From contig OZ253553.1 in NCBI GenBank assembly GCA_965262715.1, forward strand, positions 1,728,001 through 1,792,000: a stretch of DNA of 64,000 nt, given 5' to 3'. The stretch is from Bdellovibrionales bacterium. GTDB lineage: Bacteria > Bdellovibrionota > Bdellovibrionia > Bdellovibrionales > JAUICD01. Both the position numbers and the translations under genes were made by a program. This document shows, piece after piece, positions 39,746-49,345 of this stretch (positions within the stretch are counted from its first letter, which is position 1; each line of letters opens with the position of its first letter). The notes under the pieces were generated by a model that did not search any database, was not told the DNA's origin, and saw only the letters and a list, made by a program, of their open reading frames with translations.

Positions 39746-42361
39746 CTAATGTCTTATCAGTTTTTGTAGATCTTTTTCCCATGAATTTTCCATTAAAATT
39801 TTAAAAACCATTTTCTGCTCAGAAGATGTTGCTGTTTCAAACTCTCCCACATCAATAGGCTTTTGACAGTAATGTTGCAAAAGTCGAAATAACTTTTCCT
39901 TGTATTGTGTATCTTCATTTCCTTTAAGGTGATCACCTTTAGTCTCTAAAATAATATATTTGCTTTTAGATTTGTTAACTGAAGTTTTAGGTTCTGAGAC
40001 ATAATAAGCTAAAAAATCTGGCCAAACTTTTCTCTTCTGCCAACCTTGAAGATGGTAATCTTGCTTAGAGATCATTCTATGCCACCATTTAATAGCTTTT
40101 TGTTCATCTAAATACCAGGCTACTTGCTTTTCAAAGTTGTTATAATTCTTTTCATAAGTTTTTTCAAATAAACTGAGCTGTAAAGGACTGTCATCTTTCT
40201 TTCTTAAAACCTTATTTGTATTTGATATTATAAAGCCTATTTTTGTATTCAGTGTCCAATTGATATCAATACGATCTTTAAAAATTTTAAAACAAATTTC
40301 CCCATTCTCTAATTTCTGTCTAAATAAGTCCTCTGATAGTTTATCAATCTGACCTTTTATATCTTTTTCTATTTCATTAAGTAAAAAGTTCCTATTCAAA
40401 TATATTGTTTCATCGGGCATTCCTTGAGATTTTAAGGAATCTATAACCTCATCTAGTATTCTTCCAGCTTCTATGGGATTTGGGATAAAATGACAAAGCC
40501 TCCTTGTCATTAAGGAAAAATTGATAGAGGTGTCATATTCGTTGTGAGTTTGTCTTTGGACTTCAGGTAAATCTAAGTTGCCATATTTATCTTCAATATC
40601 TATCTTTATGAGATCTGTCTTTAGAGATTTTATGTTTTCTATTGTCATCTTATCTTTTTTAGAGTAAGAAATTTTGGCATAGTCTATATTTTGAAGAATA
40701 TCTGATTCATAAATAATATTTCTCCAAAAACCTTTGTCTTTATACAAAACACGAGGCAAGAAGACTTTAGTTTTCTCAAATCCTTTTCGTCGGGCTATAG
40801 GTTGTTTTTTTAAAGAGTTGTCATCATATTTGATGTGATCAATCACATCGTCCATACCTTCTTTTTGCAAACCTTTTTTTATGTCTTCTACAATCTCTTT
40901 AACAATCCTATTATAACAAAACACATAACTTTCATTCAGGTCAGGAAAAGATTTTATTTCTTTTGCATAAGGTTGTCTTAAAACTCGACCTATTAATTGA
41001 GTTAAAGCTTGTTTGGATTGAGAATTACCTAGTATTGCCAAAACATAAGCAAAAGGGCAATCCCATCCCTCTTGTAAGGCCTTATTAGTAATAATATACC
41101 TCACAGGAGATACATCGCTTAATAAATCTTCATCTTTTATTTCATTTCTGCCAGAAGTCTTGATGCGGACAGCAGTAGGTAAAACAGCAAGATGATTGAT
41201 TAAATAATCTTTAGCATCCTCCGAATGAATAAATTGACCACCTCTTTGATCTTTTCCCGTTCGCTCTACTTGAATCAGCATAATAGGTCGAATATAGCAA
41301 TCGGAGTTTTTAAAGTGTTCCTGAGATTGTTTATCTAATTCTAAACATTTTTCATAAGCTTGATATAAAGTTTTTTTCCAATCCCCTCTTTCGGAGTTTA
41401 AGATATTAATAGGGATTTTAATCATCTCTTCTTCTTTCAACCTCACTCCTGAAACATTCACCAAGACATTACTTTTATGTTCTTTCATATTAGGTGTGGC
41501 CGAGAGCTCTAATATAAAACGAGGATTTAACTTAGAAATAGTATCTTTAGCTAGTTTAGAATAGGCTTTATGACCTTCATCTAAAATAATAAGAGGTCTC
41601 ACAATTCTTAAAGCATTCCCTAAGCTGTGTTTTATAGATATATTTTTGACTCCTCCAAAATTTTGAGAGAGGTCTCCGTGAAAATCAAGATTTTGTATTT
41701 GGGAGAGCAATTCATTATTGGCTTTATAATTATCTGGTTGAGGAAAAAAGTTAATAAAATGACCTGAGTCTTTAAAAACTCTTAAAGATTCTTTTGTTTC
41801 GCGATTTGCTGATTGCAGCATAAGTAACATAATACATAAATGCTCTTTTATATCTTGATGAGAAAAGGCAGATGCTTTTTCCAATATCTTAACTCGCTGA
41901 CCACTAGCTCTTTCTAAAACTTGCCGGTAGGGATGACTTTTATTTTTAAAGCTTTTGATAGTTTGCCTATAAATAGCTTCTGTAGGCACAATCCATAAAA
42001 TCAATCCTGTATTTTTCTCAAAATAATCAAAGTTAATAGATTCAACTGCATTTACTCCAATAAGAGTCTTTCCACCTCCTGTAGGTATTTTTAAGCAAAT
42101 GTGAGGGATACTGTTATCAAGACCATCTGTTTTAGATAGGTAGGGAAGGCTTTGAATGCAGCCTTTTTGATCTTTGGATATAGGAAGTTTACTTTCTAAT
42201 TTCTCCCATGCTTTTTTACAGAAATCTGTAAATTTTCTTTCTTGTCCTTTTTGTCTGTAATGTTCTACAAGTATATTCTCTTCTTGATAAGCCTTTTTAA
42301 GGATACCTAAATATTCACTTAACCTTTCTAAAACAGCAGATTGAAAATCTTTAAGCTCCAT
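39746..42361 (-). CDS. res: Type III restriction endonuclease Res subunit
   Basis: PTGGGKT Walker A, DEGH, SATP, LQEGWDCP, QLIGRVLR, PDF...ETKG nuclease motif. Confidence 0.92.
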   Translation of the reverse strand: MELKDFQSAVLERLSEYLGILKKAYQEENILVEHYRQKGQERKFTDFCKKAWEKLESKLPISKDQKGCIQSLPYLSKTDGLDNSIPHICLKIPTGGGKTLIGVNAVESINFDYFEKNTGLILWIVPTEAIYRQTIKSFKNKSHPYRQVLERASGQRVKILEKASAFSHQDIKEHLCIMLLMLQSANRETKESLRVFKDSGHFINFFPQPDNYKANNELLSQIQNLDFHGDLSQNFGGVKNISIKHSLGNALRIVRPLIILDEGHKAYSKLAKDTISKLNPRFILELSATPNMKEHKSNVLVNVSGVRLKEEEMIKIPINILNSERGDWKKTLYQAYEKCLELDKQSQEHFKNSDCYIRPIMLIQVERTGKDQRGGQFIHSEDAKDYLINHLAVLPTAVRIKTSGRNEIKDEDLLSDVSPVRYIITNKALQEGWDCPFAYVLAILGNSQSKQALTQLIGRVLRQPYAKEIKSFPDLNESYVFCYNRIVKEIVEDIKKGLQKEGMDDVIDHIKYDDNSLKKQPIARRKGFEKTKVFLPRVLYKDKGFWRNIIYESDILQNIDYAKISYSKKDKMTIENIKSLKTDLIKIDIEDKYGNLDLPEVQRQTHNEYDTSINFSLMTRRLCHFIPNPIEAGRILDEVIDSLKSQGMPDETIYLNRNFLLNEIEKDIKGQIDKLSEDLFRQKLENGEICFKIFKDRIDINWTLNTKIGFIISNTNKVLRKKDDSPLQLSLFEKTYEKNYNNFEKQVAWYLDEQKAIKWWHRMISKQDYHLQGWQKRKVWPDFLAYYVSEPKTSVNKSKSKYIILETKGDHLKGNEDTQYKEKLFRLLQHYCQKPIDVGEFETATSSEQKMVFKILMENSWEKDLQKLIRH

Positions 42362-42362
42362 T

Positions 42363-44150
42363 CTATGATCCTACCAATCTGTAAATATTAAAAGGAATTT
42401 GACAAAATACAATATTGTCTTTTAGAAGGTCTTTTTGAGGGATAAAACAGGCCATAGCAAAGACATAAGCTTTTCTGCAATTTTTACTCTGCATTATTTT
42501 TAAAATTTTAGATTTTCGATCAAGATGTAAAGCGGAATCATTGTTTTTCAAAAAGTTCTTGTTTGGTTTATACACAACAAAAACAGCTATATTTTGTTTT
42601 GTTTTTCCTACATAAAAATCTTTATTTTCATTTAAGTTTTTGAGAGTTTCCCCTGTAGCTGTATGAAATATATATCTAGCAAGAATATCATAACTTGGTA
42701 GGGACTTTCCTCTTATAAAGTTTTCTTCATCAAATTCCTTATCCAGTTTGCAATAAGTAAAGGATCCACCTAAGCCTTTTTGAAGCTTTTCATCCTTAGC
42801 TGTGGAAACCCCTTTGATAATACGGCGAACACGCTCTGCTGTAATTCGATCTGCGTAATCTTGACATTCTACTAAAATAAACTTGCGGTGACCTCCGTCT
42901 TCTTTATTAAGATCTAGTACGGCTTGAGCTGTTGTGCCCGATCCTGCAAAGGAATCTAAAATAATGGCACTTGGAGAACTTAAACTTTCTAAAAGATATT
43001 TGATCATACGAGATGATTTAGGATAAGGAAATTCAATATTAAGGTCACTTAACTCCTTGGTGCCTTCTATGGTTCCTCCTACAGCATCTTGACTTAAAAA
43101 GCTGTTTAGTTTTTTATCTTGTTTATTTAACTTCTGTTTAAAGTGAATGCTCCATTTATCGTTTATTTTTTCAAATTTGATTTTACCTGATAAAGAATTA
43201 AATGAAGAAAACTTTCTAAGAGGAAAATCAATGTTAAAATCACTCAACTCTTGACTATCTTCTGTATCTTGGTTTAAAAGACTTCTTAGTTTTTTACCTT
43301 GCTCATTTAATCTTTGCTTAAATTGAATGCTCCATTTGTTTTTTATTTTTTCAAATTTGACTTCACCTGATAAAATATCCTTTCGAACGCGATCTTTTGA
43401 ATGTATCCAAGATCCGTTGATTTTTGTTCCATCTGGGGCTTTAATATCATATTTTTGACCTTTAAGTCCGGGACGGTTTAACGTGTCCCAAAAGAATCTG
43501 CCTTTTTCATCTTCCTCTGTATATCTGCCTAAATATTCTTGCTCATGCTTTACAAACATAGGAGGTAATGATTCTTTATCTTTAGCATAAACAATAATAT
43601 ATTCATGGCTCTTTACGATATGCTTTGTGTTGCTACCTCCTCCTATTTTTGTGGGCTTAACAATGGTTGCAAGATGATTGTCTTCTCCAAAAATTTCATC
43701 CATGATAAGCTGTAGATGACGTTGTTCATTATCGTCAATGGAAATACAAATGACTCCATCATCAGCAAGCAACTCTTTAAGTAGTTGCAGTCTTGGCCAC
43801 ATCATACAAAGCCATTTATCATGTTTTTCTAAGTCTTCGATACCAACTTCTTTTCCAAGCCATTCTTCTATTATAGGACTATTCATATTATCATTAAAAA
43901 CCCAGTTTTCATTACCTGTGTTGTAGGGTGGGTCAATGTAAATGCATTTAATTCGACCAGCATATCTTGGCATAAGAGCTTTTAGGGCATGAAGGTTATC
44001 TCCATAAATGATTAAGTTATCCTCTAAAGAAGGGCTTTCTTGTGATGAATTTACAAGAGATTTGTTTTTATTTATTTTTAATGGGTGAAAAGGCACACTA
44101 AGATGGTGAGAATAAATAATAGACCTTCCTTTAAAGTTTAAAATCGGCAT
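42363..44150 (-). CDS. mod: Type III R-M Mod subunit (adenine methyltransferase, beta class)
   Basis: GDNL, YIDPPYNTG (motif IV) before DSFAGSGTT (motif I); 1 nt from res. Confidence 0.93.
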   Translation of the reverse strand: MPILNFKGRSIIYSHHLSVPFHPLKINKNKSLVNSSQESPSLEDNLIIYGDNLHALKALMPRYAGRIKCIYIDPPYNTGNENWVFNDNMNSPIIEEWLGKEVGIEDLEKHDKWLCMMWPRLQLLKELLADDGVICISIDDNEQRHLQLIMDEIFGEDNHLATIVKPTKIGGGSNTKHIVKSHEYIIVYAKDKESLPPMFVKHEQEYLGRYTEEDEKGRFFWDTLNRPGLKGQKYDIKAPDGTKINGSWIHSKDRVRKDILSGEVKFEKIKNKWSIQFKQRLNEQGKKLRSLLNQDTEDSQELSDFNIDFPLRKFSSFNSLSGKIKFEKINDKWSIHFKQKLNKQDKKLNSFLSQDAVGGTIEGTKELSDLNIEFPYPKSSRMIKYLLESLSSPSAIILDSFAGSGTTAQAVLDLNKEDGGHRKFILVECQDYADRITAERVRRIIKGVSTAKDEKLQKGLGGSFTYCKLDKEFDEENFIRGKSLPSYDILARYIFHTATGETLKNLNENKDFYVGKTKQNIAVFVVYKPNKNFLKNNDSALHLDRKSKILKIMQSKNCRKAYVFAMACFIPQKDLLKDNIVFCQIPFNIYRLVGS

Positions 44151-44394
44151 ATTTCACCTTTTGTATTTTTATTGATAATCTCCAATACCTATAACAAATA
44201 TATTTATCAAAATATCATAACAAAAACTTTTATAAAAAATCAAAAAAATCCTGAGTTTATAGATAAAACGTAACGCGCCGAATCATATATTTGTGAAGGT
44301 TGGATGTTATGATATTTTTTCTTTTGTTAACTTTTTATTTGAGTTGTAACATATCATGATTATAAGGAATCAAAATATAATTCACTAAGGTCAT

Positions 44395-45591
44395 TCAATA
44401 AGAGGAAAGTATATCTCTATAAAGGCAATGCACACCCCAGAAAGCATAGGAGCCAATTTCTTTTGGTATTGTTAAATCATTCAGTGTATTATATGTACTC
44501 TCTTCCATTAAGGGTCGCCTTACATCTGGTCTTGGGGGTATATGGGGTAAGCCCAGTCCATGTCCCATTTCATGCGTGATAGTGTTGACTAAAGTGGTTG
44601 AACTTTGAGTTTCCATCATTTCTATGTCCACGTTCAAGAGTCTTATAATTCCATCATATTTAAAAAACCGAACCCTTTCGGACTCCATACTTCGAAGGTC
44701 TTCAATATCTTGATCAAGCCCTTTTGAATCAATTCCTTTTATTAAGTTTGTTGAATTTATACTATTTATGGTATCTCGTCTTTTTTCCAAATTTTCTAAG
44801 ACTAAAGATCTGTATTTTTCAACAGTTATATTTTCAAGATGAAAAAAGACCATCCTACGAAGATCACCTATACTTACATCAAAAAGAGGCACTTCAACTC
44901 CCAACTGCTGCAAATTTCTAATGAGACTATATCTATAATATTCTAAGTCAGTTAGTGCCTCCTCTCTAATCATCATATCCGTTTCAACAATAGGCAAAAA
45001 AGGTAAAGACTCATCAATGATTTTTGGAAAAACATTTCTTGAAAGCCCTGGCAAAAAAAGGTCAGTATCTGTTAATTGATTTTGATTAAAATCTGTTGAT
45101 ATTTCCTGAAAGGATTTTCCATCAACTAAATAAATAACACTCTTTTGATCTAAACGATTATGCTCCGTGTTGATAGGATTTCGATCTATTTCACTACTGA
45201 TTCTGATAACATCTTCTCTAAGTTTCATGTTCCATGCATCTGCCGCGACATAAAAGAATGGCCTATATTCTCTAGGAATGCTCTCGTGTAGGTAATATTC
45301 TTTTGGAAGGGATATTAAAGCCATAGGCTTAACGCGACCATCTTTAGCGAGATGAACAGTGGTCAGAAATGGACATATTCGGTTATTTCTAAACCATGAA
45401 AAGGATCGTTCTAAAGGTTGTAATAAAGATATCATATTTACTGTAGAAAAGCTTGAAGAGCTTGTTATGTAAATTAGAAAAAAAATGACTATTATTTTAA
45501 AATGTGCTGTTTTCATTGTACATCCTTGGTTACTTGTAGCTGGTTTATGATACCCCTCAAATAAAAAAAGCTCATAACTAGTTTCTAGCAA
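44395..45591 (-). CDS. Secreted metzincin/matrixin-like metalloprotease (start probably 45516, MKTAHF)
   Basis: AADAWN, HEMGHGLGLPH (HEXXHXXGXXH), downstream PLM Met-turn. Confidence 0.8.
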   Translation of the reverse strand: MLETSYELFLFEGYHKPATSNQGCTMKTAHFKIIVIFFLIYITSSSSFSTVNMISLLQPLERSFSWFRNNRICPFLTTVHLAKDGRVKPMALISLPKEYYLHESIPREYRPFFYVAADAWNMKLREDVIRISSEIDRNPINTEHNRLDQKSVIYLVDGKSFQEISTDFNQNQLTDTDLFLPGLSRNVFPKIIDESLPFLPIVETDMMIREEALTDLEYYRYSLIRNLQQLGVEVPLFDVSIGDLRRMVFFHLENITVEKYRSLVLENLEKRRDTINSINSTNLIKGIDSKGLDQDIEDLRSMESERVRFFKYDGIIRLLNVDIEMMETQSSTTLVNTITHEMGHGLGLPHIPPRPDVRRPLMEESTYNTLNDLTIPKEIGSYAFWGVHCLYRDILSSY

Positions 45592-45645
45592 TAGTTCTTA
45601 GGAACTGAATGCTGGACTGCCCAGTTGCTAAATAAAAATAAACAC

Positions 45646-46215
45646 TTAAAGCTGAATTTCTCTGGTAGTTTGTTCAAATCCTTTTTTTAAAATATCTTCA
45701 ATACTATCTTTGATCTTCTTCATTAAAAGAGGAAGCTTTTCTTGCTCTTCTTTTGAGAAATGACTTAAAACATAATTTCTTCCATTTAGATGCCCTTGTG
45801 ATTTTCCTATACCAAATCGCAATCTTATATAATCTTTGCTGCCTAATTGATCATGGATATGCTGTACCCCATTGTGAGAGGCTGCGCCTCTGTTTTTTTG
45901 AAACTTACATATCCCAAAGGGTAAGTCCATTTCATCATGGACTACAAGTAAATGTGCCAATGGGATTTTGTAATATGTCATGAGGGCTTGAACAGCAAGG
46001 CCTGAAAGATTCATGTATGTTAAAGGCTGACATAAAATAAGATGCTCACCATTTGATTTGATATGGTAGGTTTGAGATTTGCATTCTTTTTTAGAGATAA
46101 TATGAATATCAGAAGGTAAGTTATCCTTACAATAATCTATAAACATAAAGCCTATATTGTGCCTTGTGTTTTGATACTTTTGATCAGGATTACCAAGTCC
46201 CACGATTAACCACAT
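45646..46215 (-). CDS. pth: Peptidyl-tRNA hydrolase
   Basis: LIVGLGNP, TRHNIGF, TYMNLSG, HNG, RLRFGIG. Confidence 0.96.
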   Translation of the reverse strand: MWLIVGLGNPDQKYQNTRHNIGFMFIDYCKDNLPSDIHIISKKECKSQTYHIKSNGEHLILCQPLTYMNLSGLAVQALMTYYKIPLAHLLVVHDEMDLPFGICKFQKNRGAASHNGVQHIHDQLGSKDYIRLRFGIGKSQGHLNGRNYVLSHFSKEEQEKLPLLMKKIKDSIEDILKKGFEQTTREIQL

Positions 46216-46240
46216 TATAAGTATCCTTTAATTCTTACAA

Positions 46241-47068
46241 TCAACCAAAACAAAAAGGGGTATTGGAATTGAACAGCAAGCATTCCATAAAAGATAATGA
46301 ATTTTTAATTTGGTTTACAAGAGATTTTCTCCGTGCATAACAGATAGTATCATTTCCTTGTTCATGGCAAATAAGAGGTTGAAATAGAAATCTTGGATCA
46401 GAACATCCTTCATAAAGATGAAAGTTTTCCTCAGAACATACAATGACTTTATCTTTTTCGTGCATTACGAAAAATTCTTCATAGAGTGGCTGCCAGTCTA
46501 TTGTTTTTCCATGAAGTAAGCCATCTATCCAAGCGATGTTCATAATATCATTGTGGCCATGTTTTTGTCTTAAATCACAATGTCCTAATTCATGAAATAA
46601 AACCACCTCTCTTATTTCATCATTGTCCTGATAATATTCCCAAAATCCGCGGTCTATTATTACCACAGAATTATAATAGAAACTCACTGCAGCTCCTATT
46701 AGACTTTCATCATAGCCGACTGATCTTGGAAATGGGGTTATACTTAGAAAGATTTTAACATCTGGATGAATAGACATAGGTTGACCGTTGCCCAGATACT
46801 GGCCTTTTAAGGTCTCATATTTTTCAATATAAGGCTCAAACTCAGGATCAGTTTGCATTTCTGGAAGAGTATTCAATAAAAAATCTGAGTGTGGTTGCAG
46901 TACATCCTGAATATCTGTCAATAAACCTAAGGTTTCATCTGGATTTTTAATATCACTCATTATTTTTCGAGCAAGTTCTTGTAAGCTTTGCTCTGATGAT
47001 TGAGCAAAAAGAGTTTGAGTATTTAGTAAACACAGAATGAATAAAAAAATAAAAATAATTTGTTTCAT
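46241..47068 (-). CDS. Secreted HELGHCDL-family putative metallopeptidase, paralog 2
   Basis: Signal peptide; DPEFEPYIEKY, IDRGFW, HELGHCDLRQKH. Confidence 0.75.
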   Translation of the reverse strand: MKQIIFIFLFILCLLNTQTLFAQSSEQSLQELARKIMSDIKNPDETLGLLTDIQDVLQPHSDFLLNTLPEMQTDPEFEPYIEKYETLKGQYLGNGQPMSIHPDVKIFLSITPFPRSVGYDESLIGAAVSFYYNSVVIIDRGFWEYYQDNDEIREVVLFHELGHCDLRQKHGHNDIMNIAWIDGLLHGKTIDWQPLYEEFFVMHEKDKVIVCSEENFHLYEGCSDPRFLFQPLICHEQGNDTICYARRKSLVNQIKNSLSFMECLLFNSNTPFCFG

Positions 47069-47335
47069 AATTTATACTTTTGCAGATGCCACTACATGCC
47101 ATGTTAATCATAAGCTTCAGACAAACTCAATATAATGTTATTTATATGTGCGTTGTGTTGCTATGCGTGTTACCTTATAATAAAATGTTACCGAGAGGTT
47201 GAACGTGAATGATAATGCCTGATACTGATGCCAGATTGCTTGAATGCCAGATCCCGGAAAAAAGATGCTTAAAATGCAAAATTTATTTTTGAGACCAGTT
47301 CGGGCGTCAAGAAGGAAACAAACAGTTTCCATGCT

Positions 47336-47577
47336 TTGCAAAGGATAAACAGGGTACTGGTAAAGTGGGTAAGAAGGACCTTAAAGAGTATGAGAAGAAG
47401 TTTTAGAAGGTCCAACAGATGGTTAAAAGGATTTGCGAGAGCAAACCAAGATTTATTTGCACACTGGAAGCTGGTACTGCCATAACAAGGTTTGGAATGA
47501 TAAGAGCCGTGTGGCGGGAGACTGTCACGCACGGTTCTGTGAGAGCTTAGGGGTGAAATTCCTCTATTCTACTGGAC
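47336..47577 (+). mobile_element. Group II intron 3' remnant: maturase C-terminus plus domains V and VI
   Basis: LQRINRVLVKWVRR...WL....NQDLFAHW* (47336-47485); DV GAGCCGTGTGGCGGGAGACTGTCACGCACGGTTC (47504-47537); DVI ending ...CTACTGGAC. Confidence 0.9.
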
Positions 47578-47607
47578 TATCTGTAAATTCAAAGACAAGT
47601 AGAGCTG

Positions 47608-48435
47608 TCAGAAACCTAAGCTGTTAATCAAAACAGGTAATCCAGACCTAAGTCCATCTATAAAATCTTCTTTCCATCTATAACAATTGGTATCATTTTC
47701 CTCTTCAAAGCAGGTTCTACTTCCACGTGGGACTCTTAGAGGAGGAGGAGAAGAGCATTTTTCATAAAGATGCATGTTTTCTTCAGAACACATTATATCT
47801 ATATCTAGCTCTCCTATCATGAAAAATTCTTCATAGAGTGGCTGCCAATTTATTGTTCTTGAATTAAGGAGATCATCTCCCCAGGCCGTACCCATAATGG
47901 CATTATGACCATGCCCTTGTTTTAAATCACAATGACCTAACTCGTGAATTAACACAGCTCCTCTGATTTCATCATTGTCTTGGTAATATTCCCAAAATCC
48001 GCGATCTATTATAATGAGACCAAGCGCATCATCAGCATCAAAACAAACTCCAGAATTTTCTAAAGTTTCATCGTAGCTTGGCGCAAAGAAAAATGGTGAT
48101 GCAGTTAGAACTATCTTAATATCTGGGTTAATAGGCATAGGTTGGCCACTGCCCATATATTGCCCTTTTAAAGCTTCATATTTTTCAATATAAGGCTCAA
48201 ATTCAGGATAAGTTTGCATTTCTGGAAAGATATTGAAAAAGAAGTCTGAATGTGGTCGTAAATTATCTTGAATATCTACCAATAAACTTGAATTTTGTTC
48301 TGGATTCTTGATATCACTCATTAGTTTTTGCATTAGTTCTTGAGCAAGTTCTTGTAGTGCTTGCTCTGATGATTGAGCAAAAAGTGTTTGAGTGGTTATT
48401 AATATTAAACATAAAATAAATAAAGTTTGTTTCAT
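47608..48435 (-). CDS. Secreted HELGHCDL-family putative metallopeptidase, paralog 3 (tandem duplicate of 46241)
   Basis: Shared TQTLFAQSSEQ, IMSDIKNP-like, IDRGFWEYYQDNDEIR, HELGHCDL, WQPLYEEFF. Confidence 0.78.
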   Translation of the reverse strand: MKQTLFILCLILITTQTLFAQSSEQALQELAQELMQKLMSDIKNPEQNSSLLVDIQDNLRPHSDFFFNIFPEMQTYPEFEPYIEKYEALKGQYMGSGQPMPINPDIKIVLTASPFFFAPSYDETLENSGVCFDADDALGLIIIDRGFWEYYQDNDEIRGAVLIHELGHCDLKQGHGHNAIMGTAWGDDLLNSRTINWQPLYEEFFMIGELDIDIMCSEENMHLYEKCSSPPPLRVPRGSRTCFEEENDTNCYRWKEDFIDGLRSGLPVLINSLGF

Positions 48436-48649
48436 AATTCACCATTCTAATAAAAATTACAGTACGTCCTAAGTCCAAAAAAGGCCTTTATACCACTAGA
48501 TAAGCAATGAGTCAAATAGAACTTAGATGCAAAATTCAAATTAGAGATGCCGGATACTTTAATTCCGGGTACAGTATGCCAGACTGCTGGATTGCTAGAT
48601 CCTGGAAAAAAAAGATGCTTAAGTAGTTATGAACCTTATTTATAATATT

Positions 48650-49339
48650 TTATTTCTTCTTTTGAGCTGCTTCTTTTGGTTTTTGAGCCTCTTTATCTTT
48701 ATCTGCAGCAGGTTTGGCATCAGAAGTAGGAGCCGCTGCTGTTTTTTCAGATGGAGTAGGAGTTTCAACAGCAACTTTCTTAGGTTCTTTTACAGCGCAT
48801 AAGGGCAGATCTGTAGACACAATAGATTTAACTCCTGCAGGAAGCTTAAGATCAGAAATATGATAAACATCACCCACTTTTAAAGAACTTACATCTATTG
48901 GCATTTGTTCAGGAATTTGGCCTGGCAAACAAGATAGCCTAATACTTCTTTGCATAACTTCTAAAACACCACCTTCTTTTTCTCCAATGGCCTTTCCTGT
49001 AAAATTAAGTTCAATGGTGACAGAAACTTTTTTGGTCATATCAGGAGCATAAAAATCTAGATGCAAAGGACTTCGAGTGACAGGATCTCTTTCAAGAGCC
49101 TTAATCAAAACAGGAGCATCATGAATTTGACTATTTTCTTCACACTGTAGGTAGAAAATAGTATTTTCAAAATGCTTATCTAAATATTTAGTAAAGGTTT
49201 TGTGTGTTAGCGCAATCAAATTGTTAGGAATGGCTCCATATACAACAGCTGGGATCTTTTCCTGCTTGCGTAAGGCGCGTGTAATACGCTTCCCAACAAC
49301 TCTCATCTCAACATCTATTTTTATAGAAGATTCCATCAT
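48650..49339 (-). CDS. rplY: 50S ribosomal protein L25/Ctc
   Basis: LRKQEKIPAVVYG, DPV...HLDFY, GG.L, IDVS.L.VGD; follows prs. Confidence 0.93.
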   Translation of the reverse strand: MMESSIKIDVEMRVVGKRITRALRKQEKIPAVVYGAIPNNLIALTHKTFTKYLDKHFENTIFYLQCEENSQIHDAPVLIKALERDPVTRSPLHLDFYAPDMTKKVSVTIELNFTGKAIGEKEGGVLEVMQRSIRLSCLPGQIPEQMPIDVSSLKVGDVYHISDLKLPAGVKSIVSTDLPLCAVKEPKKVAVETPTPSEKTAAAPTSDAKPAADKDKEAQKPKEAAQKKK

Positions 49340-49345
49340 TACACC

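Noticed and set aside
47148..47215. GTGCG at 47148 as the 5' end of an intact mini group II intron
   Set aside because: Only ~190 nt separate it from the maturase fragment, part of which is DNA duplicated from upstream of the neighbouring paralog; domains I-III cannot be recognised
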